NCBI RefSeq assembly: GCF_036588685.1
Contig: NC_086379.1
Coordinates: 85,126,001-85,190,000, forward strand
DNA length: 64,000 nucleotides
Source: Mytilus trossulus
Lineage: Eukaryota
Reading direction: 5' to 3'
The stretch's first letter is position 1; every line of letters begins with the position of its first letter. The position numbers were made by a program, and so were the translations under genes. Below, one piece after another: positions 55,201 through 64,000 of the stretch. Below the pieces are notes generated by a model that made no database searches, was not told the DNA's origin, and saw only the letters and a list, made by a program, of their open reading frames with translations.

Positions 55201-56106
55201 GTAGCCAGATAGTACAGGATCACCTCCACTAAAAATAGATAGGAATTACCTCAATTACAATCAGATTACAGAGGAAATGACAATGTACAATGTGTAGCCA
55301 GATAGTACAGGATCACCTCCACTAAAAATAGATAGGAATTACCTCAATTACAATCAGATTACAGAGGAAATGACAATATACAATGTGTAGTCAGATAGTA
55401 CAGGATTACCTCCGCTAAAAATAGATAGGAATTACCTCAATTACAATCAGATTACAGAGGAAATGACAATGTACAATGTGTAGCCAGATAGTACAGGATC
55501 ACCTCCACTAAAAATAGATAGGAATTACCTCAATTACAATCAGATTACAGAGGAAATGACAATATACAATGTGTAGTCAGATAGTACAGGATTACCTCTG
55601 CTAAAAATAGATAAGGAATTACCTCAATTACAATCAGATTACAGAGAAAATGACAATATACAATGTGTAGTCAGATAGTACAGGATTACCTCTGCTAAAA
55701 ATAGATAGGGAATTACCTCAATTACAATCAGATTACAGAGGAAATGACAATATACAATGTGTAGTCAGATAGTACAGGATTACCTCTGCTAAAAATAGAT
55801 AGGGAATTACCTCAATTACAATCAGATTACAGAGGAAATGACAATATACAATGTGTAGCCAGATAGTACAGGATTACCTCCGCTAAAAATAGATAGGGAA
55901 TTACCTCAATTACAATCAGATTACAGAGGAAATGACAATATACAATGTGTAGCCAGATAGTACAGGAAAACCTCCACTAAAAATAGATAGGGATTACCTC
56001 TGTTATAATCAGATTATAGTGGATATATATATATATTACAACATATAATAAGAAGCCAAATAGTACAGGATTATCTCTGCTAAGAAAAAAGATAAGGAAT
56101 AACCTA
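49296..56106. repeat. 94-bp satellite, right block (~72 units)
   Basis: Same unit; 844-bp (9-unit) duplication (caatcacatt at ~49819 and ~50663); degenerates ~90 bp from the exon 1 donor. Confidence 0.98.
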
Positions 56107-56192
56107 TTACTCAGAGTTTAGTTAAAAACATATTTCTTTCTTAAGTTAAAATTTAAGAAAACAGAGATATTATTATAACTAGCAGTACTTAC

Positions 56193-56649
56193 GAGTTGGA
56201 AATCCTGACATATCCAGATATCTGAGTTTTGTTGGAGTTTTATTTTTAACGCATTCAAGGAAAGTATGAGCCAAACATGTGGTGTATCTCAAACATTGCC
56301 TGGTTACTTCAGATAAATATAACATATCGTATAATGGCCTGACAGAAGTAAACACGTTTGGTACCAGTTTCTGTAGTGACAAAGTTTCAAATGGCCAATG
56401 AGACAACAACACATCAACAGCCCGATCTTTGTTACATATCAATGCTTGTTGCATCAATACAATACAAAGCTCTTTGGGTATGTAGTTTATAGCCTGAGCT
56501 GTCATGGTGGAATCTTGTATGATGTAACGAGAACACAATGTTGTCAAAGATGCTACACTCTTCGGCTGTTGTCCGATAGCTGGTGGAGAACAGAGGTCTA
56601 AAGGATACACAACACCCTGGTAATACTCATACCATAGTGATGTATCCAT
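56193..56649 (-). CDS. LRRC14: LRRC14/PRAME-like protein, coding exon 1
   Basis: ATG at 56649; BC-box-like SLTTLCSRYII, cullin-2-box-like IPKELCIVLM, PRAME-family WPFETLSL and KLRYLDMSG; donor C|gtaagt (phase 1), 457 nt. Confidence 0.88.
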
Positions 56650-56719
56650 TCTCTATACACTAGAAGTTCTTTCTCTTATAAGGGTGTATCTATTCTCAAT
56701 ATAATAAAAATTTGTCCTT

Positions 56720-57390
56720 TCTATAATGATGTGGGTTTTTCAAATAACAATGTGTCCCTTTTCTAAAAATGATGTGTTCCTTCTCTTAAAATGATGGGTT
56801 CCTCCTCTAATGATGTGTTCCTTTTCTTAAAATGATGTGTTCCTTCTCTAATAATAATGTGTTCCTTTTCTTATAATGATGTATTCCTTCTCTAATAATG
56901 ATATGTTCCTTCTCTTATAATGATGTGTTCCTTCTCTAATAATGATATGTTCCTTTTCTTGTAATGATGTGTTCCTTCTCTTATAATGATGTGTTCCTTC
57001 TCTTAAAATGATGGGTTCCTCCTCTAATGAGGTGTTCCTTTTCTTAAAATGATGTGTTCCTTCTCTAATAATAATGTGTTCCTTTTCTTATAATGATGTA
57101 TTCCTTCTCTAATAATGATATGTTCCTTCTCTTATAATGATGGGTTCCTTCTCTAATAATGATATGTTCCTTTTCTTATAATGATGTGTTCCTTCTCTTA
57201 TAATGATGTGTTCCTTCTCTAATAATGATGTGTTCCTTCTCTAATAATGATGTGTTCCTTCTCTAATAATGATATGTTCCTTTTCTTATAATGATGTGTT
57301 CCTTCTCTTATAATGATATGTTCCTTTTCTTATAATGATGTGTTCCCTCTCTTATAATCATGTGTTCCTTCTCTTATAATGATGCGTTTC
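56720..57390. repeat. 22-bp minisatellite (~30 units) just upstream of the LRRC14-like start codon
   Basis: TAATGATGTGTTCCTTCTCTTA units. Confidence 0.95.
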
Positions 57391-58679
57391 TGGCCACACA
57401 TGTATATAATGTAACACACCTTCTGTAATCATGTTACTTCTCTTATAAATGTATAACGATATATATCTCCTTCACTCTCGTACAGTGAAGAGTTCCTTAT
57501 CTTACACTATGTTTCTTCCCTTATAATGATGTGTTCTGCTCTGATAAGATAGTTCCTTCTGTTGATAATGATGTATTCTCTGTTGATAAATCCCATCTCT
57601 TATATTGCTATGACCATTTCCATTATCATTTCACTGTAAAGAGATTGATTGATGAAAAACTGTCCAACTACATATATCACAGAAGGTGAGCCTTATATAT
57701 TTACATTACCATATTATTAGTCCCTTCAAATATGTCAAAGCACTCTCAAATATTTGTCATTATGATTTTACATATCTTTTTTTGCCAATAAAATTATGTT
57801 GTAAGGTACAAAAGTTACAGTATTGTTTTTTTCTACTGTACAAAACTGTTTGAAATGTTTGAAGCTATTTGACTTCTTTTCTGTTAAGGATAAATAAAAG
57901 TTGGCAGTAGATGATAAAAATGGACTTTTCAGTGTACATATACATACTTTCTGCAAGTCATAAAACAACATCATTTAAGATTCATGAGGTGTATTGTATT
58001 GTTTTTCACCAAAAGAAGGAAATTACGATTACAAAATATCTGGACACTGAAAAAAGCCCACTAGGTCTACCAGTTTCAAATTTCAGCAAATGTTAACATC
58101 AATTGCCTTGAAGGATACACAATTGACTTGTATTTCTTATTGTTAATGTTTTTTTAATCAATGCTAAGTTGGATATTGCAATCAGAGGTGAACATGAAAT
58201 CAGTAATGGATGGCAATGAAATCATATTTTAAGACAACATGAAACAACCTCACATGCTTCCAACAAAAAGATTGGACGAGAATATAAACTGTAGAACAAG
58301 AGTGAAATATTTTTTATATCATCTGAAGAATGAAAGACATTGAAAGTTTCTTTGACTTAAAAAAATATGGAATTTTACAGTATACAATACAGACACGCAC
58401 ATTCATAACATTGCTGAATCACTTGAAAAGTAAAGAAAAATTGTATCATCGTGTGCTGTGTTTTCGTACTAAGTATAACAATTTTCACTAAAAAAATTCT
58501 TACATTTTCACTGTTGAGTTTTTATTCACATACATGTGTACTCATATTTTAAAAGGATTTTCTGTCGAATATTTTAGGTATCTAGATTTTTTTGTCAAGG
58601 CTTACTACGAATTTTTACTGTTTCAAATTTTTTTGCGATTTTTGTGTCAAAAAACCATGTCATATGTTTTTGTATGAAG

Positions 58680-60565
58680 TAACCAGATGCTCCGCAGGGC
58701 GTAGCTTTATAGGACCGCAGAGGTTGAACCCTGAATGGTTGGGGCAAGTATGGACACAACATTCAAGCTGGATTCAGCTCTAAATTTGGATTGTGATTAA
58801 ATAGTTGACACAGCATAGGTTTCTGACACAGAATGAATGTGTTCTAATGAACTTAAAAAATTTTGTTTTCTCTTAGAGCAATTCACTATGCTGTTGAATA
58901 TTAATCCTCTCAAAAAAATGTTTGAAGAAATTTTCTTTTTATTTATGAAATTTCAAATGAGAAAATTGAACCCAATTTTTTTAATCACATCCCCCTTTCC
59001 CTTATTCCAAAACTAATCTCAATTAAAATTTCTAATGGAGTTTGCAACAATAACTACTCATTTAAATACATCATAAAATATTAAGATGTAAAAAAACTGC
59101 TTGTTATCACTGAATGGTAAAGATTATTTTAATTTATCAGTTGGTAGTAAAAAGTGAATATACATTGTATATTGTATATATAACAAAGATTTAAGTTGAT
59201 TCTGGACAAAGAAAGATAACTCCAAATAAAAACAATTCTTACAATTAGATATTTCTTGCTTACTATTCAGGACAAAGAAAGATAACTCTAATTAAAAACA
59301 AAATTGCTATTTCACAATATTTTGCAATAAGATATTTCTTGCCATTGCGCAATACTGTGCAATTGAAAAGACTTGCTATTGCACAAAACTTAATATAATA
59401 ATTTTAGATCCTGATTTGGACCAACTTGAAAACTGGGCCCATAATCAAAAATCTAAGTACATGTTTGGATTCAGCATATCAAAGAACCCCAAGATTTCAA
59501 TTTTTGTTAAAATCAAACTAAGTTTAATTTTGAACCCTTTGGACTTTAATGTAGACCAATTTGAAAACAAGACCAAAAATGAGGAATCTACATACACAGT
59601 TAGATTTGGCATATCAAAGAACCCCATTTATTCAATTTTTGATGAAATCAAACAAAGTTTAATTTTGGACCCCGATTTGGACCAACTTGAAAACTGGGCC
59701 GATAATCAAGAATCAAACGAAGTTTAATTTTGGACCCTTTGGACCTTAATGTAGACCAATTTGAAAAAGGGACAAAAGTTAAAAATCTACATACACAGTT
59801 AGATTCGGCATATCAAAGAACCCCGATTATTCAATTTTGATGAAATCAAACAAAGTTTAATTTTGGACTCTTTGGGCCCCTTATTCCTAAACTGTTGGGA
59901 CCAAAACTCCCAAAATCATTACCAACCTTCCTTTTATGGTCATAAACCTTGTGTTTAAATTTCATAGATTTCTATTTACTTATACTAAAGTTATGGTGCG
60001 AAAACCAAAAAAAAATGCTTATTTGGGTCCCTTTTTGGCCCCTAATTCCTAAACTGTTGTGACCTAAACTCCCCAAATCAATACCAACCTTCCTTTTGTG
60101 GTCATAAACATTGTGTTTAAATTTCATTATTTTCTATTTACTTAAACTAAAGTTATTGTGCGAAAACCAAGAATAATGCTTATTTGGGCCCTTTTGTGGC
60201 CCCTAATTCCTACACTGTTGAAACCAAAACTCCCAAAATCAATCCCAACCTTTCTTTTGTGGTCATAAACCTTGTGTCAAAATTTCATAGATTTCTATTA
60301 ACTTAAACTAAAGTTATAGTGCGAAAACCAAGAAAATGCTTATTTGGGCCCTTTTTGGCCCCTAATTCCTAAAATGTTGGGACCAAAACTCCCAAAATCA
60401 ATACCAACCTTCCTTTTGTGGTCATAAACCTTGTGATAAAATTTAATAGATTTCTATTCACTTTTACTAAAGTAAGAGTGCGAAAACTAAAAGTATTCGG
60501 ACGACGACGACGACGACGACGACGACAACGACGACGCCAACGTGATAGCAATATACGACGAAAAT
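58680..60565 (-). mobile_element. Well-preserved HINE-like (Helentron-associated) element
   Basis: (gac)n microsatellite at 60500-60537 near one end; ~160-bp internal tandem repeats (cctaaactgttgggaccaaaactcccaaaatc at ~59886, 60048, 60209, 60368); subterminal tata(c/g)gac motif at both ends; GC-rich hairpin-like end gctccgcagggcgtagc. Confidence 0.8.
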
Positions 60566-60659
60566 AATGTTGTTGTTCTGGTGATTGCTTGAATCATAAA
60601 AAAATTAGTATTATTCTTTTTAGTACTAAAACTAACTAATTAACAGTTTTCATTACTTT

Positions 60660-60998
60660 TCTACATTGGCTAGAGGTATAGGGGGAGGGTTGAGATCTCA
60701 CAAACATGTTTAACCCCGCCACATTTTTGCACCTGTCCCAAGTCAGTAGCCTCTGGCCTTTGTTAGTCTTGTATTATTTTAATTCTAGTTTCTTGTGTAC
60801 AATTTGGAAATTAGTATGGCATTCATTATCACTGAACTAGTATATATTTGTTCAGGGGCCAGCTGAAGGACGCCTCTGGGTGCAGGAATTTCTCGCTACA
60901 TTGAAGACCTGAAAGTGACCTTCTGCTGTTGTTGTTTTTTTCTACGGTCAGGTTGTTGTCTCTTTGACACATTCCCCATTTCCATTCTCAATTTTATT
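60660..60998 (+). repeat. SINE-like interspersed repeat
   Basis: Contains cctgtcccaagtcag.agcc, a motif I recall from mollusc SINE-like repeats. Its tail gacacattccccattt also occurs inverted at ~44292. Confidence 0.55.
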
Positions 60999-62195
60999 TG
61001 GTTGATGTTTCATGTGCTGAAATTCTAACATTTGATTATTTTCATATTGGCTCTTGGTTTCTACTATCAATGACTAAATTTTTTAGTTCTTAGTAAGAAT
61101 GAACTATTTTACTACGTAAACATATATAATCCCCCTGTATATATGTCCGGTAACTAGCCTAACAATCACAGGCACATTTATGTGTCTAATGTAAATTAAG
61201 GGTACCCAAATTGCACCTATCCAGAAAAATAGCAACGGAAATCTTACAAGATTTTCTAGAGACTCAACAATTTGTATTTTTATGATTTGATACTCTGTAC
61301 GACTTTCAACATAGGTAAACATATTTTTAGATATACACAAAATGTTCACAGTGTTTATCAACAGATGGCTGTTTACTGAAAAAAGCAAAATTTAGGAAAA
61401 TGTCACCATGCGAAGTCATCAAAACGTCATCTTTTTAAAATTAGCAAATACAATATATTATAAGTACCCATTTCGTAATATAAGAAGAGTAAGCATCGAC
61501 TTATATCCAATTGTTCAAAATATTTGAAGAAATTAAACAGAAGCTCGGTTATTAGACTTTTGACGATGTGAATTTAAGCATGGATGCAATTTGGGTACTC
61601 CTCATTACAGAATCATGGATGGTTTGGAGGTTGATTCAAACCCATTTTTTTATGACTCAATATGGATTAAAAATCAAACTGGTGTACCTATACAATAAAG
61701 AAGGATAGGGCTACAGTATGGACATTTTTTTCTTGATCACAAAAAAACGTAGGTGAAAAAACCGTCAAAATAGGTGCAATTTGGGTAACGTCACGTTATC
61801 TATTGGTAGACCCACTATCAACGTACATTTACGTAAATGTATGTTGATAGTAGGTCTTCCAATGGATTGAAACAAGTGCTTGTGTGTATGGTGGTGGGTA
61901 TGGTTCTACATGCCTTAACGGTGTGGTTGTTCTACAAAGGATGTGAAGATTTGGAAGAAGAAGAAGCTTTGAGGATTATTCAATGTGAAGAGTCAAAAAT
62001 TAATTTTATGGTTCAATAAATTCAAAATAGATGATAGCCATTCATTTACGTGATGGTACCCAAATTGCATCCATGCTTAAATTCTCATTGTCAAAAGTCT
62101 AATAACCGAGCTTCTGTTTAATTTCTTCAAATATTTTGAACAATTGGATATTAGTCCATGCTTACTCTTCATATTTTACGAAATGAATACTTATA

Positions 62196-62655
62196 TGGGG
62201 ACAGTAGAAAATTCAATAAAAAAAAAAAAAAAATAATTTCGGGAAAATTTCCCTAAGTTTTCATTGTACTACATGTACTAATGAACTCAAAATCGTTCAA
62301 TTTTTTTTGTTGTGTTTTTGAATTTCCGGATCGCCGCAGAAGTCTACTCCCGTTTCCGGTCTTGTTTACATGAGACTGAATAAAATGTATAATTATCAGT
62401 CTAAGAAAGGAACTAATACTAATTCATTTAAAAAAAAAATGTTTGTTATTAAAAAAACGTTACCTGATGACAACGTTTCTTTATTTACATTGAATATGAC
62501 GTCATAACTTAAATAACGTCACAACTAAAATCCCTAACAACAGAACCAAAATCGGAAACGTTACGGTATTTCCATTTCTCTTTTTAACATTGTTGATTTT
62601 AAAAAAAATCAGACTTCGTCCCTATTCATGCTATTCACAGGTAATTCCTGCCTCA
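62196..62655. mobile_element. ~460-bp MITE-like insertion in the right foldback arm
   Basis: Absent from the left arm; flanked by TA; weak TIR tggggacag / ctgcctca. Confidence 0.65.
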
Positions 62656-62933
62656 TATTAATATTTGCTAATTTTAAAAAGATGATGTTTTGATGACGTC
62701 GCATGATGACGTTTTCGTACATTTTGCTTTTCAGTAAACAGTCCATCTGTTGATAAATACTGTGAACGTTTTGTGTATATCTTGACCAATATGTAAATAT
62801 TATTATTATACAAAACTGTTAATACATGCAAAATCTTCGATAAGAAGGAAATAAAGTTAATATATATATATGTTGAAAGAAGTGCATAGTATCAAATCAT
62901 AAAAATACAAATTTTTAGTCTCTAGGAAATCTT

Positions 62934-63754
62934 TAAAGAAAGATAAGAAGTTAGCAATATCCTTTAACTCTACTTTCTGCTATATAGATTACGTTCTTTC
63001 ACTAAACAATTCAAAATTTGGTGACTATGTGGAACGAATCTATCCCTTCGAATTGGAAATAAAGGATACTACAGATACAGTTAAGTCGGCTTCATATCTT
63101 GACTTACATCTAGAAATTGACTATGAGGGTCGGTTGAAAACAAAACTATACGACAAAAGAGATGATTCCAGCTTTCCAATTGTGAACTTTCCATTTCTAA
63201 GTAGCAACATTCCAGCAGCACCTGCATACGGGGTACATATCTCCCAATTGATACGATATTCCCGTGCTTGCATTTCCTATCATGATTTTCTTGATAGAGG
63301 GTAACTGCTCACAAGGAAGCTATTAAACTAAGACTTCCAAATGGTGAAGTTGAAATCATCCCTTTGTACATTTTACGGACGCCATCACGAGTTGTTTGAC
63401 CGTTATTGAATAACTGTTTCACAAATGATATCGGATATGATCCTTACGTCGTAACTACAATCCCCTTCCCTTTCATGAATGTGACCTACCGAATTAAGAC
63501 TATTTACCAGATTTGTAATCACATAAGCAACACGACGGGTGCCACATGTGGAGCAGGATCTGCTTACCCTTCAGGAGCACCTGAAATCACACCTAGTTTT
63601 TGGTGGAGTTCGTGTTGTTTATTCTTTAGTTTTCTATGTTGTGTCGTGTGCGCTATTGTTTTTCTGTTTGTCTTTTTCATTTTAAGCCTTGGCGTTGTCA
63701 GTTTATTTTAGAATTATGAGTTTGACTGTCCCTTTGGTATCTTTCGTCCCTCTT
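62934..63754 (+). mobile_element. 5'-truncated Penelope-like retroelement, RT C-terminal part (pseudogenised)
   Basis: FNSTFCYIDY (degenerate YIDD)...SASYLDLHLEID..GRLKTKLYDKRDD.SFPIVNFPFLSSNIPAAPAYGVHISQLIRYSRAC; premature stops; clean insertion into the foldback arm. Confidence 0.85.
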
Positions 63755-64000
63755 TGTAAGATTTCCGTTGCTATTTTTTCTAAATAGCTGCAATTTGGGT
63801 ACCCTTACGTTAAAAAATATTAACAATAAAGCAATACAATCGTAATCAATCAGTTCCATGCCCAACCCTGCATTCCGGCTATTAGTCTCCAATGTAACAA
63901 TATTTTTTTTAATTTTTGTTACATTTCAATCATAACCGAAGCCAGTGCCTATATGCCATATGTTGAGAAAAATCATCAAAGATACTACGCTTATTATCAT

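Larger units (their letters stand above)
61197..63807. mobile_element. Foldback element with ~400-bp inverted arms; right arm interrupted by two insertions
   Basis: 61197-61598 is the reverse complement of 62056-62195 + 62656-62933 + 63755-63807; termini taagggtacccaaattgca / tgcaatttgggtaccctta. Confidence 0.85.

Noticed and set aside
60369-60551. Arg-rich protamine-like ORF
   Set aside because: Translation of the (gtc)n microsatellite of a HINE element.
61837-62019. 60-aa ORF with a hydrophobic stretch in the foldback core
   Set aside because: Short, starts inside a palindrome, and has no recognisable motif or splice support.

Overview
AT-rich, repeat-dense eukaryotic DNA. The repeat families and hammerhead retrozymes point to a bivalve, most likely a Mytilus mussel (inference). 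Two protein-coding genes are supported. One is an intronless class A GPCR (31428-32390, +). The other is a 4-coding-exon LRRC14/PRAME-family gene on the - strand (56649-56193, 46003-45842, 41759-41584, 41378-40629; 1545 nt, 514 aa, all GT-AG with consistent phases). The rest is three large satellites (38, 54 and 94 bp units), Helentron-type non-autonomous elements, MITE/foldback elements, CR1- and Penelope-like RT fragments, and several minimal type I hammerhead ribozymes in retrozyme copies (two intact). The most striking observation is the 94-bp satellite. It fills most of the 10-kb intron 1 of the LRRC14-like gene and is an amplification of the gene's own intron1/exon2 junction (47 nt intron + AG + 47 nt exon). 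About 85 near-identical splice acceptors, each with GTAAT donor motifs and an in-frame stop, precede the one true exon.
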